From positions 54,395,176 to 54,444,631 of the forward strand of contig NC_068987.1 in NCBI RefSeq assembly GCF_001194135.2: a DNA stretch of 49,456 nucleotides, in the 5' to 3' direction. The translations under genes and the position numbers were made by a program. The stretch comes from Octopus bimaculoides (Eukaryota). Positions 22,061 to 33,420 of this stretch are shown in pieces. The notes beneath the pieces were generated by a model. It was not told the DNA's origin. It did no database searches and was given only the letters and a program-made list of their open reading frames with translations. Every line of letters starts with the position of its first letter. Positions within the stretch are counted from its first letter, which is position 1.

Positions 22061-22485
22061 GGAATTAATAGTGTTCATTATTTTAGAAGTTATTCTGGAG
22101 AGGGAGAGATATACAAGAAATTAGATATAAGGCAGAAAGTATAAAAGGAAAATATGAAAATAAAAATACATGTTGGATGTTAAAGTTGCTGTTCTGTTAT
22201 TCAAGAAATGTGTTGTGTAGAATGGGTAAAGAGGCTTCTTGTCCATGATGTGTAAAGTCCGATAAGAATTCATATGTTATTTCAAATGGATAGTGTGCAG
22301 ATATTAATTCCATCTGTTGTTCATTCAAAATGATATATTTTATATTCAAAATATATTATATACATATGTATATAATATATATGTATATGCATGTATGTAT
22401 ACATATACATGGGTGTGTGTATATGTGTATGTTTGTATGTACATATACAAAGGTATGTGCATGTACATTTATATATGTGTGACTG

Positions 22486-22535
<50 letters not shown>

Positions 22536-22753
22536 TGATCTACTATAGTCTCTGGCTGACAAAAAGCCTTCTAAGTGGATTTGGTAGCGGGAAACTGATA
22601 CAGAAGCCATTCATATACATGTGTGTGTGTGTATACATATGGATGTATATATGTGTATCTGTGTACATGCATGCACATGTGTGTGTGTATTACCTAAATA
22701 CAAAATGAAGGAAAAAATTAATATATGTTATACATTAATGATATACATGTTAT

Positions 22754-23374
22754 ATCATTAATGATATATGGCTAAACCTTTCTTAAAGGAATTTCTCCTA
22801 TGTTCATTTCCTCGAATTCAGTGTGTGTGTACATTTGTTGAAGTAGTTTGATTTTAGAGTCCCCTTACAGTGTGTGGCTTTATTTATAGAAATAGCCCTT
22901 GATATAATAATATATTTTATATATAAAGGAAAAAAATATATACTTTGTATTAATTTTTTTCTTTAATTGGTTTTGCATGCTGGCCACTTCATAAAATCTT
23001 ATATAGATTTTATCCTTATATTTTATTTATAAATATTAAACTGGAATATATTCAGTGCTGAATTATTTCATTTATATACATGTGGCTGAGATGAACAAGA
23101 AAAGCCCCTTTCAGTGTAAACATTTGCATATGCTCTGCTGGATGCATTGGATTCGCATGGTATGTATCGATGTTCATATTTATATTTTCCTGGTTATGTC
23201 CGTACTGATTACTGGAGAGCTCATGATACATACTGACCATGAAATCATGAATGATATATGGCTAAGCCTTTTTTACAGGAATTTCTCCTGTGTTCATTTC
23301 CTTGAATTTGGTGCATGTGTATCTCCTTACAGCATGTGGCTTTACTTATAGGAAAAGCCCTTGATATAATAATA
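22754..23374. repeat. Diverged direct repeats about 490 bp apart (22754-22912 and 23244-23374)
   Basis: atcat(t/g)aatgatatatggctaa.cctt..tta.aggaatttctcct.tgttcatttcct.gaatt...cttacag..tgtggcttta.ttatag.aa.agcccttgatataataata occurs twice. The first copy has an extra 30 bp or so. Confidence 0.85.
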
Positions 23375-23380
23375 ATAATA

Positions 23381-23552
23381 ATGGCCCAAAATTTTAGGGG
23401 AGGGGACCAGTCGATTAAATCGACTCCAGTACACAACTGGTACTTAATTTATCTACCCCGAAAGGATGAAAGGCAAAGTTGACCTCGGCGGAATTTGAAC
23501 TTAGAACGTAAAGACAGACAAAATACCACTAAGCATGTCGCTCAGTGAGCTA
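23381..23552 (-). mobile_element. SINE family B flanked by (TAA)n on both sides
   Basis: Family B core, with TAA tracts at about 23367-23381 and 23553-23580. Confidence 0.85.
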
Positions 23553-23577
23553 AATAATAATAATAATAGTAATAATA

Positions 23578-23629
<52 letters not shown>

Positions 23630-23859
23630 ACAGATAGACAGACAGACAGACAGATAGATAGATAATAGATAGATTGATAGATAGATAGATAGATAGATAG
23701 TTAATTGCTTCCAACGTAGCATAAGATTAATGCCAGTACTTGGAGGAAGGCTGTGCAGTTAAATTACTCACCCCACTATGTAACTGTTACTTAGTTCATT
23801 GACACCAAAATGATGTATGACGAAGTCAACCTTGGCAGGATATAGATTAGATATAATTG

Positions 23860-24340
23860 CTGGCACGGTAGTGTAGCTAAGAAGTTTGCATCTCAACCAC
23901 ATGGTTTGGCATTCAGTTGCACTATGTGACACCTTCGGTAAATGTCTTCTACTACAGCCCTGGACAAGCCAAATCCTTGTGAGTGAATTTGGGGGATGGA
24001 AATTGAAAGAAGCCCACTTTTCATATGTATGCATGAGTGTGTGTGTGTGTGTGTGTGTGTTTGTGTCTCCTTGCCTTGACATCATGTAATAGCTGTCAGT
24101 GTCAGTATGTAACACCATCATACAAGTTGTGTTATTCATTTATTCCTAGTCTTCCATAAAACCATGTCCAGCCAAGAGAGGATATTATTACCTTATATGG
24201 CAAACAAGAATCTTGATGACAGGAAGTACATCAGGACAAAAAAAAAAAAATCGACCTCAAGGAATTCCATCTGACCCATCGATAAGTGGATGTTCAAATA
24301 ATGATTAATAATGATGATGATGACAACAACAATGACAATG
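23860..24340 (+). mobile_element. SINE family A head joined to an alternative body and RTE-like tail
   Basis: A family A head and core plus (TG)n is followed by gtgtctccttgccttgacatc...gacaggaagtacatc...ttccatctgacccat...(gat)n. The same alternative body occurs at about 18445-18715. Confidence 0.75.
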
Positions 24341-24439
24341 AAAATAATGACAGCATGTAAAAATATGTAACTAAATTCTGTAAGGTCCGTACACTACCCT
24401 CTGCTATTGTAAAGACCATATGCAATTTTAAAACTGTAA

Positions 24440-24675
24440 AAGATGCCATGTAAAAAGTATTGGTGTGGGTGCTGGTGTCAAGTAAAACACACCCAGTACA
24501 TGCTGTGGAGGGGTTGGTGTTAAGAAGGACATCAAGTCATAAAAAGCGAACAAAAACAGATTATGGGACCTGGTGTAGTCTCTGGCCTTGCCAGTTCCTG
24601 TCAAGCCATCCAACCCATGCCAGCACGAAGAACAGACGTTAAACGTTGTTGTTGATGTTGATGACAACAATGACG
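24440..24675 (+). mobile_element. RTE-tail SINE-like element (family D)
   Basis: gatgccatgtaaaaagtatt...gttaagaaggacatc...ccaacccatgccagcacgaagaacagacgttaaac. Confidence 0.75.
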
Positions 24676-24784
24676 ACGACGAGTTTAGTTTCGAATAATT
24701 ATCATGCAATTAATTAGTGGAAAGAATATTAGAAAGAATTTGTCACATTTTAAGAGACATTTATACTTGCAATTTTTTAAATTT

Positions 24785-24984
24785 TCTCGTTTACTTGTTT
24801 CACTCATTGGACTGTGACCATGCTAGAGCACTAACTGTCTCAAATGGTCTTAGTCATACAAATCAACCTCAGTACTTTTTTCATTTTTAAGCTGAGCACT
24901 TATTCTATCATTCTCTATTGCTGAACTGCTAAGTTATGAGGACATAAAGGAACCAATACTGGTCGTCAAGCAGTGAAGGGTCAG

Positions 24985-25068
<84 letters not shown>

Positions 25069-25205
25069 ACACACACACATATTTATACATGGTAGGCTTT
25101 TTTCAGTTTCCATCTGTCAAATCCACCCATAAAGCTTTGGGACTTGCAAAAGAAGACGCTTGCCCAAGGTTCCATGCAGTGGGACTGAACTGGGAACCAT
25201 GTAGT
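24785..25205 (-). mobile_element. SINE family A with (CA)n insert
   Basis: The 3' module, core and most of the head are present. Confidence 0.85.
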
Positions 25206-25223
25206 TAATATCTGACACATCCA

Positions 25224-25900
25224 GGACAGCGAGCTGGCAGAATTATTAGCATGCTGGACAGAGTACTTAGCAGCATTTCGTTCATCTTTATGTACTGAGT
25301 TCAAATGTTGTCAAGGTCGACTTTGCTTTTTATCTTTTCAGAGTTAATAAAATAAGTTCTAGTTGAACACTGGGGTTGATGTAATCAACATGCCCGCTCC
25401 TCTGAAATTGCTGGCCTTGTGCCAAAATTTGAAACCAATATGTGATACATCTGGGGCAGTGAGCTGGTAGAATCATTAGCATGCTGGGCAAAATTCTCAG
25501 CAGCATTTCGTCCATCTGTAAGTTCTGAGTTCAAATTCTGCCAAGGTTGACTTTGTCTTTCATACATTCCAGGTCAATGAAAGAAGCACCAATTGAGGAC
25601 TGAGATCAAGGTAATTGACTTACCCACTCTCTCAAAGATACTGGCCTTGTGTCAAAATTTGAAACCAATATTATCAGAGATTGTAAAGTGGCAAGTTGGC
25701 AGAATCATTTGTATGCTAAGGAAAATGCTCAGCAGCAACTCATTCATCTTCATGTTCTGAGTTCAAATTCTACCAAGGTCAACTTTGACTTTCATCCTTT
25801 TGGAGTCAATAAAATAAGTATCACTTGAGCTCTGGGGTTGATATAATCAACTCACCTCCTCTGCCAAACCTGCTGGTCTTGTGCCAAAATTCAAAACCAA
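25224..25900 (+). mobile_element. Three tandem family B SINE copies (about 25224-25440, 25454-25670, 25685-25900)
   Basis: Each unit runs g(c/t)gagctggcagaat...ctgagttcaaat...aaatt(t/c)(g/a)aaaccaata. Confidence 0.9.
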
Positions 25901-26004
25901 TATTTGACACATCCATCATCATTATAAACACCACCACCACCATCATCACCATCATCATCATAATCACCATCATCATCATTGTTGTCATCGTCGTCATCAT
26001 TGTC

Positions 26005-26220
26005 ATAGTCATCATCATCATTTAACATCTGTTTTTCATACTGGCATGGGTTGGATGGTTTGACCAGAGCTAGCAAGCAGAAGAACTGCACCAAGTTCCA
26101 GTCTGATTCGGTTTCATTTCTACAGCTGGATGCCCCTCCTAACACCAACCACTTTACAGAGTGTGCTGGGTGCTTTACACATGGCACCAGCACAGGTGCT
26201 TTTTATGAGTCACTGGCACA
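26005..26220 (-). mobile_element. RTE-tail SINE-like element (family D)
   Basis: (CAT)n, then tttaacatctgtttttcatactggcatgggttggatgg...ccaaccactttacagagtgtgctgggtgctttacacatggcaccagcac. Confidence 0.82.
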
Positions 26221-26376
26221 GGACTCTCGCAGGCCAGTCATTTTCGGCTAAGGGAGCAACATTAACACTTCTGCTGTGGAGGACGGGTTTTCATAAGTAC
26301 AGCAACCCATATCTTTATGCAAATCATAAGATCCTGAATTTCTTGAAATAAAATATGCAGCTAATATTCAGTAACT

Positions 26377-26769
26377 GTTTGTTGTTGTTGTTAGCACTCC
26401 GTCGCTTACAACGTCAAGGGTTCCAGTTGATCCAATCAACGGAACAGCCTGCTCGTGAAATTAATGTGCAAGTGGCTGAGCACTCCACAGACACATGTAC
26501 CCTTAACATAGTTCTCAGGGATATTCAGAGTGACACAGTGTGACAAGGCTGACCCTTTGAATTACAGGCACAACAGAAACAGGAAGTAAGAGTGAGAGAA
26601 AATTGTGAGAAAGAGTACAGCAGAGTTCACCACCATCCCCTGCCGGAGCCTCGTGGAGCTTTAGGTGTTTTCACTCAATAAACACTCACAACGCCCGGTC
26701 TGGGAATCGAAACCGCGATCCTATGACCGTGAGTCCGCTGCCCTAACCACTGGGCCATTGCGCCTCCAC
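26377..26769 (-). mobile_element. tRNA-derived SINE family C, young copy with 11-bp TSD
   Basis: attcagtaact occurs at 26366-26376 and 26770-26780. The A- and B-boxes are intact and the tail is (CAA)n. Confidence 0.94.
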
Positions 26770-27445
26770 ATTCAGTAACTATGCTCTGCAAAACATTAGT
26801 TATCCTTGCTTGCAAGTCATCTGTAGAACAAGGTTTAGTAAAATAAATAATAGTCTTTATATGTTCTCATAAAATAAAGTTGAAAGAATTTATTTATAAA
26901 TTGTTTATTCAAAAAAAAAAATTAATAAAGCATGATAATGATAAATCCTCTAATCATTCAAAAGAGATTAAACTATGCCATGTTTGGAATTAGTTATAGC
27001 AATTTGTAATTTGAATTTGGACATGGGCTTTGTAAGCACCCTTCTGTATTTAAACATTGCATGTGTAATCAATGATTTCAGATAATGAAAAATGAAACAA
27101 ATAAATAAATCATCATCATCATCATCATCATTTCTCATCATAATTATTATCGTCATCGTCATTATCGTTATTGTCATTGCCATCGCCATCATCACCATCA
27201 TCTTTATCGCCATTATCATCATTGCTTTAGCATTCACTTTCCCATGCTTGCATAAGTCAGATGGATTCTATAGCCTTTCCTCTCATCAGCCCCTTCTCAC
27301 CTGTTTCTATGCAAAGTAATATTTCTCCCATCACCAGAAATGTTTACACAGAAACTTGGAAACAAATAAATGACACCACTAATATGATGGTGACACTCAC
27401 CTTCATCTATTACATGATGTAAAGATTAGAAGGCAGAAATGCACT

Positions 27446-27583
27446 GCTTACCAACCACATGGTTCCGGGTTCATTCCCACTGCGTGGCACTTTGGGCAAG
27501 TGTCTTCTACTATAGCCTCGGGCCGACCAAAGCCTTGTGAGTAGATTTGGTAGACGGAAACTGAAAGAAGCCCGTCGTATATA

Positions 27584-27652
<69 letters not shown>

Positions 27653-27892
27653 GTGTGTGTGTATGTATGTGTGTGTATATGTTTGAGTGTCTGTGTTTGT
27701 CCCCCCAGCATTGCTTGACAACCGATGCTGGTGTATTTAAGTCCCCGTAACTTAGTGGTTCAGCAAAAGAGACCGATAGAATAAGTACTAGGCTTACAAA
27801 GAATAAGTCCTGGGGTCGATTTGTTCGACTAAAGCCTATGTTCCAGCATGGCCGCAGTCAAATGACTGAAACAAGTAAAAGAGTAAAGAGTA
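27446..27892 (+). mobile_element. SINE family A, young, 5'-truncated
   Basis: CpG-rich copy close to the in-window consensus. It carries a long (TA)n insert and an aaagagta tandem tail. Confidence 0.92.
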
Positions 27893-27944
27893 TAACACTT
27901 TTCTGGAATATTTTGAAGCACATCACATAAACTTATAAATAATG

Positions 27945-28155
27945 GTTTCAAATTCAGGTACAAAGCCATAAATTTTAGTGGAGGGGTAAGTCGATTGCAT
28001 CAGCTTCAATTTTCAACTGGTACTTAGTTATTGACCCTGAAAGGATGAAAGGCAAAGTCAACCTTGGCAGAATTTGAACCTGGAATGTAAAGACAGGCAA
28101 AATGTTTAATGGCATTTTGTCTAATATGCTAATGATTCTGCTAACTCACCTCCTT
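27945..28155 (-). mobile_element. SINE family B copy
   Basis: Core and head present (...gattctgctaactcacc). Confidence 0.82.
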
Positions 28156-28163
28156 ACATAAAA

Positions 28164-28285
28164 CTATAAAAAAATAGCATATGGACATTGGGTTGAAAAT
28201 CCCTTTTGGAAAAAGAAAAAGTCAGAGACAGCCCTATCCAAAACAGAAATTTTCAACCCCATATTTACATGCTATTATTTATAGC
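28164..28285. mobile_element. Small MITE-like element with about 35-bp TIRs
   Basis: ctataaaaaaatagcatatggacattgggttgaaaat ... attttcaaccccatatttacatgctattattttatag. A right-arm-like piece also occurs at about 6380-6410. Confidence 0.75.
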
Positions 28286-28293
28286 ATTATGTT

Positions 28294-28478
28294 ACCAGAC
28301 AAAATGCTTAGTGGCATTTCATCCATCTTTATATTCTGAGTTCAAATTCTGACACAGTCAATTTTGCCTTTCATCCTTTCAGGATCAATAAAATAAGTAC
28401 CAGCTGAGCACTGAAGTCAATGTAATAATTTGGCTCCTCCCAACAAATTTCAGGCCTTGTGCCTATAGTAGAGAGGGT
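28294..28478 (+). mobile_element. SINE family B, 5'-truncated, with 15-bp TSD
   Basis: tttatagcattatgt occurs at 28279-28293 and 28481-28495. Confidence 0.88.
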
Positions 28479-28588
28479 TATTTATAGCATTATGTAATGT
28501 GCTTCAAGAGCCATTATTCCCCAAAAAAGAAAAGAATTATTTCATATTCTCTTGAAAGTTTATGAAATTTCTTATGACATCATAATAA

Positions 28589-28623
<35 letters not shown>

Positions 28624-29089
28624 AAAATTCACACATTTATATATATATATATATGAAGGGCTTCTTTCAGTTTCCATCTACCAAATCCACTCACAAGACC
28701 TGAGACTATAATAGCAGATACTTGCTCAAGTTGCCATGCAGTGGAACTGAACCTGAAGCCATGTGGTTGGGAAGCAAGTTTCTGACCATACAGCCACATC
28801 TGTGCCTATACATATCAAGAAGTGATATAAATGTTACTGATTGAAAGAAAAATATAAATGTAATTATTAGTCATAGATGTAGGTTACAGTATAAACAATA
28901 AAACAGGTAAGAACAGGGATTAAGTGATAAATTTTAATAAACACTGTGAATAGACACAGATGCAGCTGTTATAAACATTGATGGCATGAACACAATTTAG
29001 ATAACATCAGTCATTTCATAAAAATATTCTAAGTTCAGTCAGTACATGAATAAGAATTATATCAATATTTTAGATAAAATGAATCACCA

Positions 29090-29504
29090 ATGTCTAATGG
29101 AATGTGTTATGTTTGTGATGTTAAAAACAGGAGAAAATATGAAAATGTGAAGATTGTAGAGTGTTTTTACAAAAGTGTTCCAGCTGTGATAGTCGCCCTC
29201 ATTAATATCATCAACAGACTTGGCAGTTTCGTTACTGAGATTGGTGTAACTACGAGAGTGGCATTAATTCAGAAATCTATAGTATTAGGAACAGGAAGGA
29301 CCGTAAGAAATCTAAGGAAACTGGTTGTGACCCAGTATCAAGGACATTGATTCTGAATGTAATACATTTGTGCATGTCATATCCTACGCAAAACACTTTC
29401 AATACAGTAACCATAAGAGCATCACAGCAAACCACAGCACATACCCAAGGCACACAGAGCTGCGCTCGGTAGTGAAGTGAAAGCACGTTATAAAAATAAA
29501 ACTA

Positions 29505-29510
<6 letters not shown>
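29090..29510 (+). mobile_element. R4/Dong-type LINE 3' remnant ending at (TAA)n
   Basis: The ORF reads ...VKIVECFYKSVPAVIVALINIINRLGSFVTEIGVTTRVALIQKSIVLGTGRTVRN, an RLE C-terminal motif. About 200 bp of 3' UTR run directly into (AAT)n at 29510. Confidence 0.78.
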
Positions 29511-29581
<71 letters not shown>

Positions 29582-29592
29582 TAATAATAATA

Positions 29593-30548
29593 GCCTTGAT
29601 GCAGTACTAGGCAGTGGCTCTCATGGCTTCTGATCTTAACTGATTGGAAGTGTTATTATGTANNNNNNNNNNNNNNNNNNNNNNNNNNNNNNNNNNNNNN
29701 NNNNNNNNNNNNNNNNNNNNNNNNNNNNNNNNNNNNNNNNNNNNNNNNNNNNNNNNNNNNNNNNNNNNNNNNNNNNNNNNNNNNNNNNNNNNNNNNNNNN
29801 NNNNNNNNNNNNNNNNNNNNNNNNNNNNNNNNNNNNNNNNNNNNNNNNNNNNNNNNNNNNNNNNNNNNNNNNNNNNNNNNNNNNNNNNNNNNNNNNNNNN
29901 NNNNNNNNNNNNNNNNNNNNNNNNNNNNNNNNNNNNNNNNNNNNNNNNNNNNNNNNNNNNNNNNNNNNNNNNNNNNNNNNNNNNNNNNNNNNNNNNNNNN
30001 NNNNNNNNNNNNNNNNNNNNNNNNNNNNNNNNNNNNNNNNNNNNNNNNNNNNNNNNNNNNNNNNNNNNNNNNNNNNNNNNNNNNNNNNNNNNNNNNNNNN
30101 NNNNNNNNNNNNNNNNNNNNNNNNNNNNNNNNNNNNNNNNNNTCACCTTGACCAGTTGAGCATGTCCCTTGGTGGCTGACGATATGTGCATCTGTGATCA
30201 TGAGCAGAAGTAGTGGAGGAGCATCATAGCCATGTGTTGAGAGGAATTCGTTGGAGTTTGGATAATTCACCTCTAGAAACAAGGGTGTTTCATTCAACAT
30301 CCTTAAACAACCCTTATTCAGGGACCTTTTGAGTGGGATGGGCTGCTCAACCTGAAGAAAATTATAACTTGGCCCCCACCTGCAAGGTCATGCACTGCTA
30401 ATCTTGATATGAGATCACCATGTCGCGCACATATGGTTGTGATGCATGTGCCTGGTGTACCCTTATCAGACAAGTAGTCATGATGGGTATACTGGGTTTC
30501 ATATATTTTACCCATGTCACATTGATGGCATGTACTGCTCTTTCACTC
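29593..30548 (+). mobile_element. (TAA)n-flanked non-coding element, interrupted by a gap
   Basis: It sits between (TAA)n tracts 29510-29592 and 30549-30645. Its 3' 220 bp match 12290-12510. Confidence 0.75.
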
Positions 30549-30576
30549 AATAATAATAATAATAATAATAGTAATG

Positions 30577-30644
<68 letters not shown>

Positions 30645-30797
30645 TCTTAAACATTCACTTGAACAAAACTGTACAAATCCAAATATATGGTACCCTAGGC
30701 ATAACACCTACATGAACTTCTAACTTGTTGTCTCTTGAGGTCTCTGGGTGAGACTTGGATCCAACTTGTACAAATGCAAAACAAAAGTCAAACATAA

Positions 30798-30850
<53 letters not shown>

Positions 30851-30851
<1 letters not shown>

Positions 30852-31074
30852 CCTTTCTACTATAGGCACAAGGTCTGAATTTTTGTGGGGAGTGGGATAA
30901 TTGATTACATCGATCCCAGTACTTGACTGTACTTGACTGATGCTTAATTTACTGACACCAAAAGGATGAAAAGCAAAGTCGACTTCAGTGCAGTTTGAAC
31001 TCAGAATGTAGTCACAGACGAAATACTGCTAAGAATTTTGCCCGGCATGCTAATGATTCTGCCAGCTCACCATC
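30851..31074 (-). mobile_element. SINE family B between (TAA)n tracts
   Basis: Full core and head. TAA repeats lie at 30807-30850 and 31075-31085. Confidence 0.88.
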
Positions 31075-31099
31075 TTAATAATAATGATGATGATGATGG

Positions 31100-31650
31100 T
31101 GATATTCACAATGTGAATACAAAAGATGACATGACAATGTGGCAAGAATAATCCAGTGAGACCTCTATGGAAATTATGGCCAAGAAAGATCAAAAGCATG
31201 AATTAACCAAATCCTAGAGGGAGTTACAGAGGATGAAGATTGCAAAATTCAGTGGGATGCAATGATTTAGTGTGACCACCAGATCAGACATTGGAAATCT
31301 GACATACATGATAATTGACATAGCATGTCCCAGTGACAACAGGATCAAATGAAAGAAGAAGAAAAAGTGGACAACTATGACAAATTGAAGAAGGAAACAC
31401 ACAGGGCAATGAAGAGATTGGATGTGATACCAATAGTGATTGGCATGCTTAGAAGTATCAGTACTCAGCTAACAATATGGCTCAAAAAGATTGGTACAAA
31501 TGTAAAGATAAAACACTTACAAATTTCGGCTTTGCTTGGGATTACAAGAGTTCTCTGCAGGGTTCTTGAAGCATGGTTCTTCAAACAAGTGTCACCTTAG
31601 TCTGCTGGCTGTGGAAAACTGACACTTACCATCATACCCAGTAAAATAAG
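31100..31650 (+). mobile_element. R4/Dong-type LINE remnant, restriction-like endonuclease region
   Basis: Broken frames give RHDNVARII...EGVTEDEDCKIQWDAMI*CDHQI...MIIDIACPSDNRI / KEEEKVDNYDKLKKE...LDVIPIVIGMLRSISTQLTIWLKKIGTNVKIKHLQISALLGITRVLCRVLEA. Confidence 0.9.
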
Positions 31651-31659
31651 CTGAGAGAT

Positions 31660-31845
31660 TTTTTGACCTGAAATTTTGTGGGAGGGGTCAGTCAATAACA
31701 TTGACAGCAGTGTTCAACTGGTACTTAATTTATTTGACCTCCAAAAGGATGAAAGGCAAAGATGACCTTGAGAGAATTTGAACTAAAATTGTACAGCTGC
31801 TAAGCATTTTATCCAGTATGCTAATGGTTCTGTCTGCACATCAAC
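31660..31845 (-). mobile_element. SINE family B copy
   Basis: Core tggtacttaatttatttgacctccaaaaggatgaaaggcaaag. Confidence 0.78.
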
Positions 31846-32201
31846 TTTCATAACAATAATTTCATTATTTGCTATCTGGGTGCTGTTTGAGGAAATCTTA
31901 CAATGACAAATAACATAAATGCTAGTGGCAAGTTATGTAGGATTGATTTTGAAGAACAAACAAGATACAAAAATGAAGTAGAATAAGCTCTTACCAAACT
32001 AGCAAGACATTGAAGGACACTATATTCTGCTTTCTAAAAATCAAAATAACCACCCAACAGCTCCACTTCATTAAAGTATGTAATGGTCTAAGAGAAAAGT
32101 CAAGGCAAAGGTTGCAAATAGCAATGAAAGAGCTTTGACAAAAAAGAAACCAAACAAAATAAAACAAACAACTTATTGTTTAACTAAGTTAAACAAATTA
32201 T

Positions 32202-32365
32202 AGGCGTAGGAGTGGCTGTGTGGTAAGTAGCTTGCTGACCAACCACATGGTTCTGGGTTCAGTCCCACTGCGTGGCACCTTGGGCAAGTGTCTTCTACTA
32301 TAGCCTCGGGCCAACCAAAGCCTTGTGAGTGGATTTGGTAGATGGAAACTGAAAGAAGCCCGTCG

Positions 32366-32396
<31 letters not shown>

Positions 32397-32557
32397 NNNN
32401 NNNNNNCCCGTAACTTAGCAGTTCAACACAAGAGATCGATAGAATAAGTACTAGGCTTCCAAAGTCCTGAGGTCGACTTGATCGACTAAAGGCGGTGCTC
32501 CAGCATGGCCGCAGTCAAATGACTGAAACAAGTAAAAGAGTAAAGAGTAAAAGAGTA
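32202..32557 (+). mobile_element. SINE family A, young full-length copy (small gap)
   Basis: ggcgtaggagtggctgtgtggtaagtagcttgc...gaaacaagtaaaagagtaaagagtaaaagagta. Confidence 0.92.
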
Positions 32558-33029
32558 AATTGATTAGTTAGTTGGATATGTAACCAACTGACTAATAATA
32601 AAGGAATGGAATTGAACCAGTGCATGTATTAATATTGGCATACTGACTCTCCCTAAACACAACAAAACAAGAAAAAGCCAGTATGAAAAGCAAAAGTACA
32701 CAAAAGGAATTGAATGAAGCATCTCAATACAGAAACAGCTAGCTAAAGCAAAACAAAGCAAATAACCTCTCCTTGTTAGGTTCTTTGGTTTACAGCTGCC
32801 TGCTGTGAGTGAACCAGAGAAACACAGCTCAACCACTATGGGGCATTCATCAGGTTCATTATATCTTTAAAATTATAAAATGATGTTATATATGTAGAGG
32901 AAAAAGTCAATTATATTCACCCCAGTATTTCACTAGTACTTTATTTTGTCAACAGCAGAAAGATAAAACCCAAAGCTGGCCTCAACAGGATTTGAACTTA
33001 AAACATCATCATCGCCGTCATCGTCGTCG

Positions 33030-33420
33030 TCATCATCATCATCATCATCATCATTTAACATCCATTTTCCATGCTGACATGAGTCGGGCAGTTTGATAGC
33101 TGGCAAGCCTGAGAGCTACATCAGGCTCCAGTTGGCATGTCTGCTATGGCTTTACTGAGTGTACTGGGCGCTATTTACATAGTACCAGCACAAGTGCTTT
33201 TTACATGACACCTTCACAAGTGCTTTTTATATGACACCTTCACAGGTGCTTTTTACATGGCACTAGCACCAGTGGGGTCACAAAGTAGTTTGCAAGACCT
33301 CTTGGTTGAGATGGGGAGTGGAACTGAGGAAAGTAGCTGTGTGCCAGGCTAGAGGTTAGAGTACAATAGAGAGACAGTAGGACAAAGGAGAAGGAAAGTG
33401 AGGGAGTGTTGTAATCCACT
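33030..33420 (-). mobile_element. RTE-tail SINE-like element (family D) with expanded internal repeat
   Basis: (CAT)n tail, with tandem cacaagtgctttttacatgacacctt units at about 33189-33265. Confidence 0.72.

Noticed and set aside
25207-25915. CRISPR-like repeat/spacer pattern (also at 33189-33265 and 49180-49330)
   Set aside because: The context is eukaryotic, the units are SINE copies or LINE UTR repeats rather than identical repeats with unique spacers, and there are no cas genes.
32561-32597. 13-bp hairpin attagttagttgg/ccaactgactaat
   Set aside because: It is short and isolated, with no second copy or functional context in the window.
32796-32804. Possible 9-nt plus-strand microexon (tttacag|ctgcctgct|gtgagt)
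   Set aside because: The splice words are good, but there is no supporting plus-strand gene and no upstream UGC motif. Such matches are expected by chance.
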